The notes: generated by a model from the sequence alone, not told the origin. Numbered from the stretch's first letter, positions 39,577-50,484 are shown. The stretch: 64,000 nucleotides of DNA from an uncultured Actinomycetota bacterium (GCA_963698315.1 CAVOQH010000002.1:837711-901710); one strand, 5' to 3'. Numbers and translations are program-made.

Positions 39577-39633
39577 ACACCCCACGAAACTGCTCGCTCG
39601 CTCGCACTTCCGCGGGGACCCGCATGAGCACCC
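39571..39633 (+). repeat. 51-bp REP-like insertion bounded by a duplicated start region
   Basis: GCATGAACACCC ... GCATGAGCACCC (11/12 identical); internal CCCCACGAAA...GCTCGCTCGCTCGC...TTCCGCGGGG. Confidence 0.6.
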
Positions 39634-40662
39634 GAGTGGCGCGACCTCGGCACGACCGGGGTCAAGGTGAGCCCGCTGACCCTCGGCACGATGATGTTCG
39701 GCGCCTGGGGCAACACCGACCACGTCGAGTCCGTCCGGATCATCCACCGGGCCCTCGACGCGGGGATCAACGTCGTGGACACCGCCGACGTCTACGCCCG
39801 CGGCGAGTCCGAGGAGATCGTCGGCCGGGCGCTGAAGGGACGGCGCGACGACGTCGTCCTCGCCACGAAGTTCCACGGCGCGATGTCCGACGACGACCCC
39901 AACCAGGGCGGCAACTCCCGGCGGTGGATCGTGCGCGAGGTCGAGGCGTCCCTGCGGCGCCTGCAGACCGACCACATCGACCTCTACCAGGTGCACCGGC
40001 CCCGCCCCGAGATCGACATCGACGAGACGCTCGGCGCGCTGTCGGACCTCGTCCACCAGGGCAAGATCCGCTACATCGGCACCTCGACCTTCCTGCCGTC
40101 GCAGATCGTCGAGGCGCAGTGGGTGGCCGAGCGCCGCCACCGCGAGCGCCCGGTGACCGAGCAGCCGCCGTACTCCATCCTCGCCCGCGAGGTGGAGCGC
40201 GACGTGCTGCCGACCGCGCAGAAGCACGGCCTCGGCGTGCTGCCGTGGAGCCCGCTCGCCGGTGGCTGGCTGTCCGGCCGCCACCGCCGGGGCGAGGAGG
40301 CGCCGGTGTCGAGCCGGCAGCAGCGCCAGCCGGCCCGGCACGACCCCGGCTCGCCGGAGAACGCCCGCAAGCTCGAGGCGGTGCACGCCCTCCAGGACCT
40401 CGCCGACGAGGCGGGGCTGTCGTTGATCCACCTGGCGCTGGCGTTCGTGCTCGAGCACCCGGCGGTGTCGTCGGCGATCATCGGCCCGCGCACGATGGAG
40501 CAGCTGGAGTCCCAGCTCGGTGTGGAGAAGGTGACGCTCTCCCGGGACGTGCTGGACCGGATCGACGAGATCGTCGCGCCCGGCACGACGATCAACGACG
40601 CCGACCGCGGCTACGCGCCGCCCGCCCTGACCGACCCGGCCGAGCGGCGCCGCAGCCGCTGA
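39573..40662 (+). CDS. Aldo/keto reductase (alternative ATG at 39624); apparent extra C near 39631
   Basis: DTADVY, LATK, DLYQVH, EQPPYS, WSPLAGG; removing one C gives [16 protein letters not shown]. Confidence 0.88.
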
Positions 40663-40668
40663 CCCGCG

Positions 40669-40725
40669 CCGACGTCGGCGGTCCGCCCGTGACCCGGAGG
40701 TCACCGGGTGGGTCGCCGACGGTCG
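40669..40725. terminator. Long hairpin between the convergent AKR and aqpZ genes
   Basis: GTCGGCG...GTGACC-CGGA-GGTCAC...CGCCGAC nested inverted repeats. Confidence 0.45.
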
Positions 40726-40734
40726 GGGTGCCGG

Positions 40735-41490
40735 TCAGCCGGCGGTGGCCTCCTCGAGCGGGGCGGCCGGGCCCTCTTCGAAGAGGACCGCATAGCTGAA
40801 GCCGGCGGCCAGCGCCCCGGCGATCGGGGCCAGGATGAACAGCCACAGCTGCACGATCGCGTCCTCACCGACGAACAGCGCCGGGCCGATGGACCGGGCC
40901 GGGTTCACCGAGGTGTTCGTGACGGGGATGCTGACCAGGTGGATCAGGGTGAGGGCGAGCCCGATCGCGAGCGGCGCGAAGCCCTTGGGGGCCCGGGTGT
41001 CGGTGACGCCGAGGATCACGAAGAGGAAGACCGCGGTCAGCACCACCTCGACCACCAGGCAGGCCAGCAGCGAGTAGCCGCCCGGGGACCGGTCGCCGTA
41101 GCCGTTGGTGGCGAAGCCGGACTCGCTCGCCGAGAAGCCGTCGATCCCGCTGGCGACGACGTAGAGGACCGTTGCGGCGACGGCGGCGGCGACGACCTGG
41201 GTGACGACGTAGCCGATCACGTCCCGCCACGCGAAGCGGCGGGACGCGGCGAGACCGAGGGTGACCGCGGGGTTGAAGTGGCCGCCGGAGACGTGCCCGA
41301 CCGCGTAGGCCATCGTGAGCACGGTCAGGCCGAAGGCGAGTGCCACGCCCGCGAAGCCGATCCCGAGCTGGGTTCCGTCCACGAGGAAGGTGGCGGTGAT
41401 CACGGCCGAGCCGCAGCCGCCGAGGACGAGGACGAAGGTGCCGAGGAACTCGGCGGCGAGACGCTGCGGCGTCGTGGGGGCGGTCGGCAT
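40735..41490 (-). CDS. aqpZ: Aquaporin Z
   Basis: [30 protein letters not shown]. Confidence 0.94.
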   Translation of the reverse strand: MPTAPTTPQRLAAEFLGTFVLVLGGCGSAVITATFLVDGTQLGIGFAGVALAFGLTVLTMAYAVGHVSGGHFNPAVTLGLAASRRFAWRDVIGYVVTQVVAAAVAATVLYVVASGIDGFSASESGFATNGYGDRSPGGYSLLACLVVEVVLTAVFLFVILGVTDTRAPKGFAPLAIGLALTLIHLVSIPVTNTSVNPARSIGPALFVGEDAIVQLWLFILAPIAGALAAGFSYAVLFEEGPAAPLEEATAG

Positions 41491-41786
41491 CGGTGGCTCC
41501 CTCCGAGGGCGCGCGACCCGGGGACTGCCCTCGGGATGCGGCGGCCCTCCCGGCTCGACGCTAGACCCGGCACCCCGGTGTCCGGATGGGTCAATCCGGG
41601 CCATTTCCGGACCTACGCCGGACCGGAATGTCGTGCCGGATAGGGCATGCCTAGGTCCGACTTGAGGGATTCCGCGGAAATTTTACCTTCGGTTCGCCCG
41701 GGAACATCCGCTTTTGCCGGGAAGCGCCCGTCGATCTGCGCAGTCCGGGGGATTGCCTGACCGCTCCCGACCGGGATCATCGCGTC

Positions 41787-42230
41787 ATGGACCTGCTGCA
41801 GTTCCACCGGATGCGGACGGCCATCCAGGGCAACGCGTCCCCGGGGACCGTCGACGAGCTCGCGACCCTCGAGGGGTCGCTGCGCCTGCTGCTGATGGGC
41901 AGCGGGCTCTTCGACGAGGTGGAGGTCGAGTACACCGACGACCCCGACCAGCTCGTCATCGCCCTGTGCACGTTCCCCGGTCACCTGACCGAGGCCGACG
42001 TCGCCCAGCGGCTCGAGCAGCTCTGGGCCGACCGGGTCGCCTACCCCTTCTGGGAGGCCCACGCCCTCCACGTCGAGCGCGGCCACGTCGAGCTGGAGGC
42101 CGCCAGCCGGCCGAGCAGCGAGGGCGGCTACGTCACCGTGCACCTGGTCGCCCAGCGGGTGCGCATCCCGGCCCAGCGGTCCGCGCGGACCCCGGTGCCC
42201 GAGGAGGCCCGCCAGCCGGTCGACCACTGA
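41787..42230 (+). CDS. Hypothetical protein
   Basis: 147 aa, GC3-rich codons, globular composition; no family recognised. Confidence 0.75.
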   Translation: MDLLQFHRMRTAIQGNASPGTVDELATLEGSLRLLLMGSGLFDEVEVEYTDDPDQLVIALCTFPGHLTEADVAQRLEQLWADRVAYPFWEAHALHVERGHVELEAASRPSSEGGYVTVHLVAQRVRIPAQRSARTPVPEEARQPVDH

Positions 42231-42272
42231 GCCCGCGGCCGGGCCCGAGGCGGTCCGCCGTAGTCTCCCCGC

Positions 42273-43106
42273 GTGACCCTCTCCGAGTTCGACCGCGGCA
42301 TCGCGGTGCGCCCGCAGCCGGACGACCCGACCACCTTCGACGCCGCGCTGGACCCCGGCTGGCAGATCGGCGCCGGCGTCAACGGCGGGATGCTGCTGGC
42401 CACGGCGGCGCACGCGCTCGGCGAGGTGTTCGCCGAGGAGGACCACCCCGACCCGGTGGCGATCAGCGCCTACTACCTCTCGGCCTCGCGGCCCGGGCCG
42501 GCGACGCTGCGCACCGACGTGCTGCGCCGCGGCCGGAGCATGTCGACCGGACAGGTGTCGCTGCTGCAGGAGGGCGACGACGGCGAGCCCGTGGAGCGGA
42601 TCCGCGCGCTCGCGACGTACGCCCACCTCGAGCGGCTCCCCGACGACGTCCGCACCACCGCGACGCCGCCGAAGATGCCGCCGCCGGAGGAGTGCATCTC
42701 CACCGAGCACGCGCCGCCGGACTTCATGGAGCAGGCCAGCCTGCTGGAGCGGCTCGACCTGCGGCTGGACCCGGCCTGCGTCGGGTGGGCGCTGGGCGAG
42801 CCCTCGGGGCGGGGCCTGCTCCAGGGCTGGCTCCGCCTGGCCGACGGCCGCGAGCCCGACCCGCTGATGCTGCTGCTCGCCGTCGACGCGCTGCCCCCGG
42901 TCACCTTCGACCTCGGCATGTTCGGCTGGACGCCCACCCTGGAGCTGTCGGTGCACCTGCGGGCCCGGCCGGCGCCCGGCTGGCTCGCGGTCACCCACCG
43001 CACCCGCAACTTCGCCGGCGGGCTGCTGGAGGAGGACGCGGAGGTCTGGGACTCCACCGGCCGCCTGGTCGCCCAGTCCCGTCAGCTCGCCCGCGCACCG
43101 CGCTGA
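42273..43106 (+). CDS. TesB-like double hot-dog thioesterase
   Basis: GWQIGAGVNGG, DALPP, WTPTLELSVH, VAQSRQL. Confidence 0.88.
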   Translation: MTLSEFDRGIAVRPQPDDPTTFDAALDPGWQIGAGVNGGMLLATAAHALGEVFAEEDHPDPVAISAYYLSASRPGPATLRTDVLRRGRSMSTGQVSLLQEGDDGEPVERIRALATYAHLERLPDDVRTTATPPKMPPPEECISTEHAPPDFMEQASLLERLDLRLDPACVGWALGEPSGRGLLQGWLRLADGREPDPLMLLLAVDALPPVTFDLGMFGWTPTLELSVHLRARPAPGWLAVTHRTRNFAGGLLEEDAEVWDSTGRLVAQSRQLARAPR

Positions 43107-43109
43107 GGG

Positions 43110-44186
43110 TCAGCCGAAGGACGAGCGGGGCATCGCGAACACGTAGCGGTGGCCGGGGTACTCGCTGAGCGACCAGAGCTCGTCGGTGGACGGCCAGTAG
43201 GTGATGTCCTCGGGTCCGACCGGGAGCGCGAACCGGTGCCGGACCAGGTCGCCGGGCGTGCCGGACCAGACGCTGCCGAGCCGGTAGCGCCCGGCGCTCG
43301 TGGTGAGGTACCACCGGCCGCCCACGACGACCGCGCCCTGCATGTGGCCGATGCCGCGCTCGTCGAGCAGCAACGGCCGCGAGGCGCCCTCGTCGTCGGC
43401 GGTCAGCAGGGCCGAGCCGGGGTCGATCTCGTAGCGGACCAGCCGGGTGGTCATGTCGCCGCGGCCGTACTCGCCCGCCACCAGCGCCGGGGGCGTGCTG
43501 CTCCGGTCCAGGGACAGGAAGGAGTAGCGCAGCTGCTCCAGGCCGTCGCGGGTGACCGCGTCGTAGCCGAAGCGCAGCGGCAGCAGGTAGCGGTAGCCGT
43601 AGCCGTGCACCTCGTCGCGGCCGATCCCGAGCCGGCGCGGGTCGCCGCCGGCCGGCACGCGCACCACGTCGTCGAGGCGGAAGGTGCTGAACCCGCGCCG
43701 GGTGCCCGCGACGTGCAGGTGGTCGCCGTGCCAGACGATCCCGCCCGCGTGGACGTGCACCGGGCGTACGTCGACCCGCCCGCCCGCGCCGACGTACGGC
43801 TCGACGAGGAGCACGTGCCGGTAGCGCACCCGGGCGGGGTCGGTGACGTCCACGACGGAGACCCGGGCGCCCTTGGACAGGCCGTCGAGGGTCTTGGAGT
43901 AGGCGCTGGTGACGAGCACCCGGCGGCCGGCGAACGTCTCGTCGGGGTGCGCGTCGGCCGAGGTGGTGATGCCCTGCGGCCACCAGCGCCGCGACCGGTG
44001 GTCCTCCTCGTCCCACCGGAAGCCCCATCGCACGGCGAGCCCCGGGACGCGGCCCGGCCGGGCCTCCCGGTTGAGGTCGTCGAGCACCCCCTCCAGGCCG
44101 ACCCGGCCGCCGAGCCGCTCGGCGAGGGCCGCCACCTCGTCGACGCGCTCGCTGGTGCGGACGAGGTGGAGGCCGTGGTCGGTCAC
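43110..44186 (-). CDS. Hypothetical, probably beta-propeller protein
   Basis: WWPQGITTSADA, YRHVLLVEP, HAGGIVW, MQGAV, GPEDITY. Confidence 0.72.
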   Translation of the reverse strand: MTDHGLHLVRTSERVDEVAALAERLGGRVGLEGVLDDLNREARPGRVPGLAVRWGFRWDEEDHRSRRWWPQGITTSADAHPDETFAGRRVLVTSAYSKTLDGLSKGARVSVVDVTDPARVRYRHVLLVEPYVGAGGRVDVRPVHVHAGGIVWHGDHLHVAGTRRGFSTFRLDDVVRVPAGGDPRRLGIGRDEVHGYGYRYLLPLRFGYDAVTRDGLEQLRYSFLSLDRSSTPPALVAGEYGRGDMTTRLVRYEIDPGSALLTADDEGASRPLLLDERGIGHMQGAVVVGGRWYLTTSAGRYRLGSVWSGTPGDLVRHRFALPVGPEDITYWPSTDELWSLSEYPGHRYVFAMPRSSFG

Positions 44187-44216
44187 GGTCCCGTTGTACC
44201 CGACGCCCGTGCGATC

Positions 44217-44640
44217 ATGGCGCCCGTGTCGAGGCCGGGCGTCCACGAGGAGACCCTCGTGATGGGAGCGGCGATCATCCACGCGCACCGGGTGCTGGCC
44301 GCCCGTCGCACCACCCCGGCCGAGGCGGCCGGACGGTGGGAGCTGCCGGGCGGCAAGGTCGAGCCCGGCGAGGACCCTGCTGCCGCGGTCGTCCGCGAGA
44401 TCCGCGAGGAGCTCGGCTGCGACGTCGCGGTGGTCGGCCACCTCGACGGCGAGCAGCCGATCCGTCCCGGCCTGACCCTGCGCGTCGCCGTCGCGGACCT
44501 GGTCGGCGGGGAGCCGGTCCCGCACGAGCACGACGCGGTCCGGTGGCTGGCCGCCGACGAGCTCGACGACGGTGGCGTGGCTGGAGCCCGACCGGCCCTT
44601 CCTCGCCGCGCTCCGGACCCGGCTGGAGGCGACGTCGTGA
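44217..44640 (+). CDS. MutT-like NUDIX hydrolase; apparent frameshift near 44571
   Basis: WELPGGKVEPGE...REIREELG Nudix box. Confidence 0.85.
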
Positions 44641-44912
44641 GGGTGGTCTTCCACGAGCAGGACGATGCCGCGGCCGTGGTCGCGCGGCTGCGGGCGGACG
44701 GCTTCGAGGCCGACCTCGTGCGCGAGCGGTTCGCCGGCGAGGACGACGACGAGGACCACGCCTGGGCAGTCGTGACCGACGCCCCGGAGTTCGCCGTCGA
44801 GATCCTCGCCGAGGAGCACGACGGCTGGGTCGACCACGAGGTCCCGCCCGCGCCGGCACCGCTCGACCTGCCCGACGCTCCGCGCCGGGTCAAGGGCCAC
44901 TTCACCGACTGA
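44637..44912 (+). CDS. Small acidic hypothetical protein
   Basis: GTGA coupling, GGAGG SD, RERFAGEDDDEDH. Confidence 0.65.
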   Translation: MRVVFHEQDDAAAVVARLRADGFEADLVRERFAGEDDDEDHAWAVVTDAPEFAVEILAEEHDGWVDHEVPPAPAPLDLPDAPRRVKGHFTD

Positions 44913-44954
44913 GGCGCCACCGGTCCGGGGGGTGCCCGGTCGTAGGGTTGGGGC

Positions 44955-45857
44955 ATGGACCAGAGCCTGCTGCTGGTGCACGCGCACCCGGACGACGAGT
45001 CGATCAACAACGGCGCCACGATGGCGAAGTACGTCGCACGCGGCACCCGGGTGACCCTCGTGACCTGCACCCTCGGCGAGGAGGGGGAGGTGCTCGTGCC
45101 CGACCTCGCCCACCTCGCCTCCGAGCACGACGACACCCTCGGCGCGCACCGCATCACCGAGCTCACCCACGCGATGAAGGAGCTCGGCGTCACCGACCAC
45201 CGCTTCCTCGGCGGCCCGGGCCGCTTCCGCGACAGCGGGATGGTCTGGCACGAGGAGGGTCACGCGGTCGCCGGCGAGGAGGTCAAGGAGGGCACCTTCT
45301 GGCGCGCCGACCTCACCGAGGCCGCCGACCTGCTCGTCGAGGTGATCCGCGAGGTCCGCCCCCAGGTGCTCGTCACCTACGACCAGTTCGGCGGCTACGG
45401 CCACCCCGACCACATCCAGGCGCACCGGGTGGCGATGTACGCCGCCCAGCTCGCCGCCGTACCGTCCTACCGCCTCGACCTCGGCGAGCCCTGGGACGTC
45501 GCGAAGATCTACTGGGTCGGCATGTCCGAGTCGCGGATGCGCGACGGCCTGCGCCGGCTGCGCGAGGCGGGCGACACCACGACGTTCGAGGGGATGGACC
45601 CCGACGGCCCGCTGCCGCCGTTCATCACCCCCGACCACCTGCTCTCCGCGGTCGTCGACGGCGGCGACTTCGTGGAGGCCAAGATGCGCGCCATGAAGGC
45701 GCACGCCACCCAGATCGAGCTCGACGGCCCGTTCTTCGCGCTCTCCAACAACATCGGCAACGAGGTCTGGGGCAAGGAGTTCTACCGCATCGCCAAGGGC
45801 ACGCCCGGCCCGACCGGCGAGGACGGTCTGGAGACGGATCTGTTCGCGGGCCTGTGA
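44955..45857 (+). CDS. mshB: GlcNAc-inositol deacetylase (mycothiol biosynthesis)
   Basis: [42 protein letters not shown]. Confidence 0.94.
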   Translation: MDQSLLLVHAHPDDESINNGATMAKYVARGTRVTLVTCTLGEEGEVLVPDLAHLASEHDDTLGAHRITELTHAMKELGVTDHRFLGGPGRFRDSGMVWHEEGHAVAGEEVKEGTFWRADLTEAADLLVEVIREVRPQVLVTYDQFGGYGHPDHIQAHRVAMYAAQLAAVPSYRLDLGEPWDVAKIYWVGMSESRMRDGLRRLREAGDTTTFEGMDPDGPLPPFITPDHLLSAVVDGGDFVEAKMRAMKAHATQIELDGPFFALSNNIGNEVWGKEFYRIAKGTPGPTGEDGLETDLFAGL

Positions 45858-46198
45858 CCCGGCACGTCGGAGCCCTGCTGCTCGGGGGAGTGGTGGGGCT
45901 CGCGGCGGTGGCCGTTCACCGCACCGACGCGCTCGGTGTCCCGGCGGGGCTGCTGGTCGCCGCGCTGGCGTCCGTGGCGGCCGCCTGGCACCTGCGGCAC
46001 GGTGACGCGCCGCGCACCACGGCGACCTACTGCGTGGGCTGGGTGCTCGTGCTGGGCGTCGTGCTGGCCGGGCGGCCGGAGGGCGACTACGCCCTGGCCG
46101 GCGACGTGCGGGGCTACGGGCTGATGGGCGTGGGCTTCGTGCTCGTGGCCCTCGGGGTGGCCTCCCTGGGAGCCAGACCGGTCGCACCCCCCACCTAG
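45854..46198 (+). CDS. DUF6113-like membrane protein
   Basis: Four TMs, RPEGD motif, coupled to mshB. Confidence 0.7.
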   Translation: MTRHVGALLLGGVVGLAAVAVHRTDALGVPAGLLVAALASVAAAWHLRHGDAPRTTATYCVGWVLVLGVVLAGRPEGDYALAGDVRGYGLMGVGFVLVALGVASLGARPVAPPT

Positions 46199-46208
46199 AC
46201 TTCGCCAG

Positions 46209-47940
46209 GTGAAGGACCCGTACACGACCAACGACCGCCGCGTGATCCCGTGGCTGCTGCTGGGCCTGCTCGTGCTCTTCGGCGGCGCCTACGTGACCGC
46301 CTACGCCGTCGCCGGCGACCGCGTTCCGCGGGGTGCGACCGTCAGCGGCGTGAAGATCGGTGGCCTCAGCCCGGCCGCGGCGCGCGCCGAGCTGGCCGAC
46401 GGCCTCGACGACACGCGCGGCGCCCCGGTCCGCGTCAAGGCGCTGGAGCAGCGCGGCCGCCTCGACCCCGGTGAGGCCGGCCTCGACGTCGACGTGGAGG
46501 CGTCGGTCGCGCAGGCCGGCGGGGGCCGCTCGTGGAACCCCGCCCGGATCTGGAACTCGCTGACCGGCGGCGACGACTACGACGCCGTGGTCACCGTCGA
46601 CGAGAAGGCGCTCACCGACGCGCTCGACGCCTTCGGGGCGAAGGTGGACAGCAAGCCGCGCGACGGCGGCGTGGTCTTCAAGGGCGACCGGGCGGTGGCC
46701 CGCGAGCCCCGCGAGGGCCAGGTCGTGGACCGGCAAGGGCTCGGTCGACCTGGTCGCCGACGCCTACCGTGACGGGCTCACCGACCCCGACGTCGCCCGG
46801 GTCGAGCTGCCGACGACCGTCGAGGACCCCGCGATCGGCCGGGCCGACGTCAGCGTCGCGATGGACGAGTTCGCCAACCCCGCGGTCTCCGGGGCCGTGA
46901 CGATCGAGCTCGAGGACGAGCGGATCGTGCTCCGGCCCCAGGACTTCGTGCCGGCCCTGTCGATGAAGGTCGAGGACGGGGACCTCGTGCCGGTGCTCGA
47001 CGACGAGGTGCTGCTCGACGCCGTCGAGTCGCGGATGGAGGGCATCGCGCTCGCCGCCCAGGACGCCACGGTCGAGCTGCGCAACGGCCGCCCCCGCGTC
47101 GTACCGGCGAAGCGGGGTGTCACGTTCAACCCCGACGAGGTGGTCGGCGGCTTCCTCGACGTCGTCGCCAACACCGGGGGCGGCCGCACGCTGCGGGTCT
47201 CCAGCGTCGTCGCCAAGCCGGAGTTCAACACCCGCGACGCCCGCGACCTCGGGATCAAGGAGGTCGTCTCGGAGTTCACGACCTACTACCCCCACGCCTC
47301 CTACCGCAACACCAACCTCGGCCGCGCGGCCGAGCTGATCAACGGCACCCTGCTCAAGCCCGACGACGAGTTCAGCCTCAACGGGATCGTCGGCGAGCGC
47401 ACCGCGGAGAACGGCTTCACCGAGGGCTTCATCATCAGCGACGGGGTCTACAAGGAGGACTTCGGCGGCGGGGTCAGCCAGGTCGCGACGACGACGTTCA
47501 ACGCGATGTTCTTCGCCGGGCTCAGGGACATCGAGCACAAGCCGCACTCGTTCTACATCGACCGCTACCCGGTCGGCCGGGAGGCGACGGTGGCCTGGCC
47601 CTACGTCGACCTCCGCTTCCAGAACGACACGCCGTACGGCGTCCTCGTCGAGGCGTTCATCGAGCCGAGCACCCCGTCGTCCTCGGGGTCGATGACGGTG
47701 CGGATGTGGTCGACGAAGTACTGGGACATCAAGGCCTCGCAGTCCGACCGCTACAACGAGACGCAGCCCGAGACGCGGCGGCTCAGCGGCGACGAGTGCG
47801 TGCCCAACGAGGGCTACGGCGGCTTCGACATCGACGTGTTCCGGTCGTTCTTCAAGCCGGGCAGCGACGAGCTCGTGCGGCGGGAGACCTTCAACACGAC
47901 CTACACCCCGTCGGACACGGTGATCTGCGAGAGCTCGTAA
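46209..47940 (+). CDS. VanW-family protein; apparent frameshift near 46738
   Basis: N-terminal TM; RNTNL, FSLNGIVGER, GGGVSQVATT, HSFYIDRYPVGREATV. Confidence 0.88.
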
Positions 47941-47972
47941 CCCCGGGAACCGGGGGCGTCGTTGCACCCTGC

Positions 47973-48797
47973 ATGACCCGTCTCGCGCCCGCCCTGGTCC
48001 TCGTGCTCGCCCTGCTCGGCCTGTCGGGCGCGCCCGCGTCGGCCGTGCCGCTCGGGGACTACCCGACCTGGGGGCTGCCGCCGGCCGGGGCCAACGACTG
48101 GTCCTGCCGCCCGACCGCCGACCGGCCCTACCCCGCGGTGATCGTGCACGGCACCTTCGGCGACCAGAAGTCGCTGCTCGACCGGCTCTCGCTGGCCCTG
48201 AAGGACGACGGCTACTGCGTCTACTCCCTCGACTACGGCAACCGCGGCACCGGCCCGATCGAGGAGTCCGCGGCCCAGCTCGACGCCTTCGTCGACGAGG
48301 TGCTGGCCTCGACCGGCGCCGCCCGGGTGCAGCTGGTCGGCCACTCGCAGGGCGGGATGATGCCGCGCTACTACATCAAGAACCTCGGCGGCGACGGCCT
48401 GGTCGAGGACCTGGTCGGCCTCGCGCCGTCCAACCACGGCACCGACAACCCGGGTGCCCTGGCCAGCGGCGACTCGTGCGTCTCCTGCGGCCAGCAGGCC
48501 ACCGGGTCGGACTTCCTGACCGCGCTCAACACCCCCGACGAGACGCCCGGCGACGTCGACTACACCCAGGTGGTGACCACCTTCGACGAGGTCGTGGTGC
48601 CCTACACCAGCGGCTTCCTGGCCGCCGACCCGCGCAGCACCGACATCACCCTCCAGGACCGCTGCCCGGTCGAGGCGACCGAGCACCTGCTGATCCCGAC
48701 CAGCACCCAGGCGATCGCGTGGGTGCTCGACGCCTTCGACCGCGAGGGCCCCGCCGACCCGACCGCGCCGATCGGCTGCGCCGGCCGCGTGTCGTAA
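47973..48797 (+). CDS. Secreted lipase/esterase (Lipase_2-like)
   Basis: Signal peptide; ANDWSC, VHGT, GHSQGG, DEVVVP. Confidence 0.88.
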   Translation: MTRLAPALVLVLALLGLSGAPASAVPLGDYPTWGLPPAGANDWSCRPTADRPYPAVIVHGTFGDQKSLLDRLSLALKDDGYCVYSLDYGNRGTGPIEESAAQLDAFVDEVLASTGAARVQLVGHSQGGMMPRYYIKNLGGDGLVEDLVGLAPSNHGTDNPGALASGDSCVSCGQQATGSDFLTALNTPDETPGDVDYTQVVTTFDEVVVPYTSGFLAADPRSTDITLQDRCPVEATEHLLIPTSTQAIAWVLDAFDREGPADPTAPIGCAGRVS

Positions 48798-48839
48798 GCG
48801 CCCGGGGGACCGGTGACGCTCGGGCCGTGAGTCGGTGCG

Positions 48840-49434
48840 TCAGCGGACGACGCGGACGCTGACCCGGCCGTCGTACCCGAGGGCGAACCAGCGCCGCCAG
48901 GCGTCGAACAGCTCCTTCATGTCGCCCGGCGAGAGCTTGATGCAGCCGTAGGAGCGGTAGTCGTCGATCCTCGGGTACTCCCAGCGGCAGACCTGGTCGC
49001 CCGGGCGGTCCGGGCACTGGCGGTTGGCGGCGCCCTGCTCGGTGTGGATGAACAGGTCGGTGCGCATCGTCCCGTTCGCGCAGGCCTTCTGCCCGAGCAT
49101 GATCGCCCGGCCCTTGATCAGGTTGCCCCAGTAGTCCGCGACCAGCCGCGGCCGGTAGGTCCCGTCGGGCAGCCAGCCGTCGTTGCGCCGGCACGCGTCG
49201 GTCGACCGCCGGGTGAACCCGGAGCCCGGCGCGCCACGACCGGCGCTCGACGAGGGTGCGGTGCTCGCCGACGCCGCGCCACACCCGCCAGACCAGCGTG
49301 GAGTGCTGCGGGTCGCGCCAGAACTTGTCGAAGGTGATCGTCGCGTGCATCCGGGGCCGCTCCTCGGCGATCCCGGGTGCGGGCAGCAGCACCCCGAGCA
49401 GGACGAGGAGGAGCCCGAGGGCGAGGGTGCGCAC
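48840..49434 (-). CDS. Secreted YkuD-like L,D-transpeptidase; apparent frameshift near 49228
   Basis: Signal peptide; WRAGSG, GWLPDGTY, LFIH...SYGCIKL. Confidence 0.7.
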
Positions 49435-49481
49435 GGCAGCACGCTAGCGGCGGGCCCGGGCGGCCGTCCCCACTTCCCGCG

Positions 49482-50484
49482 TCACAGCGGGGTGGTGACG
49501 TAGCGGTAGTGGTGGTGGGTGGCGAAGCCGAGGCGGTCGTAGAGCGCGAGGGCGCCGGGGTTGTCCTGCCGGGTCTGGAGGTACGCCGTGGTGGCACCGC
49601 GCTCGGCGGCCCACCCGAGCAGCTCGCGCATCACCACCAGCGCCAGGCCCTGCCGCCGGCGCGCGGGGTCCACCCACACGTCGGTGATCCCGGCCCAGTC
49701 GTCGGCCAGGGAGACCCGGCCCTTGGCGTGGACCGCCGCACCGGGCGCGCCCACGGACACGAAGCCGACCTCGGCCGGTCCCTCCAGCACGGCGCGGGCC
49801 GCAGGGAGGTGTTCGAGCGCGCGTGCGTCGTCGGCGAGCCAGGCGTCCGAGGCGGTGGCCTCGACCGACACCGGGACGTCCGCGTCGGGGGCGAGGCCGC
49901 GGAGCGGCGCGCGACGCCTGCGCCACCGAGGCGATCTGGAAGGCGGAGTCGGCCTCGCCGGGCCGGGCGGCCACCCAGCCGGCGTCGCCGAACGCGTCCA
50001 GGGTGGGCGAGCCGACCACCACCTGGGCCCAGGCCGGCAGCCCGCGCGCGGCGTAGAACGCCACCGTCGCGTCGAGGGCCTCGGTGAGGGCGACGCCGGG
50101 GGAGCCGACCGCGAGCACCGAGTTGGCCCGCGAGCTGAAGCCGTCCGCGGCACGCAGCACCCAGTCCCCGAGCCGCTCCGTCTCGACGGCCGGCCAGCCG
50201 GCCAGGGCGCGTCGCTCCGCGTCTTCGGGGGAGACCCGGTGGCGCACCGACGGGCGCGGCGGCACCGGCTTGCCCGAGACGATGTCGGCCAGGGGGATCG
50301 TCACCGCCGTGCCCTCGGCGGGCTGCACGGTCGTGGTGGTGTCGGTCCAGGCGGTCATCTCGCCCAGCAGGTCGGTCATCGCCGGACCTCCGGACGGTCC
50401 GGTCTCGCCGCGGACGACGCGGCGGACCACGACCCTCTGCCCGACGCAGTGCGGACCGAGGCCGGGAGCGGTCGGGGAGGGCAC
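49482..50484 (-). CDS. GNAT acetyltransferase; apparent frameshift near 49910
   Basis: GWP, GFSSRANS, VDPARRRQGLA, YLQ, ALYDRLGF; divergent from fdxA. Confidence 0.85.

Noticed and set aside
43149-44912. 587-aa ORF containing NUDIX plus the downstream acidic protein
   Set aside because: The 5' part is antisense shadow; the apparent fusion results from an indel near 44571
43110-46736. Very long ORFs such as 1208 aa (43110..46736), 925 aa (17908..20685) and 809 aa (59610..62039)
   Set aside because: Stop-poor shadow frames typical of high-GC DNA; only sub-segments carry real genes
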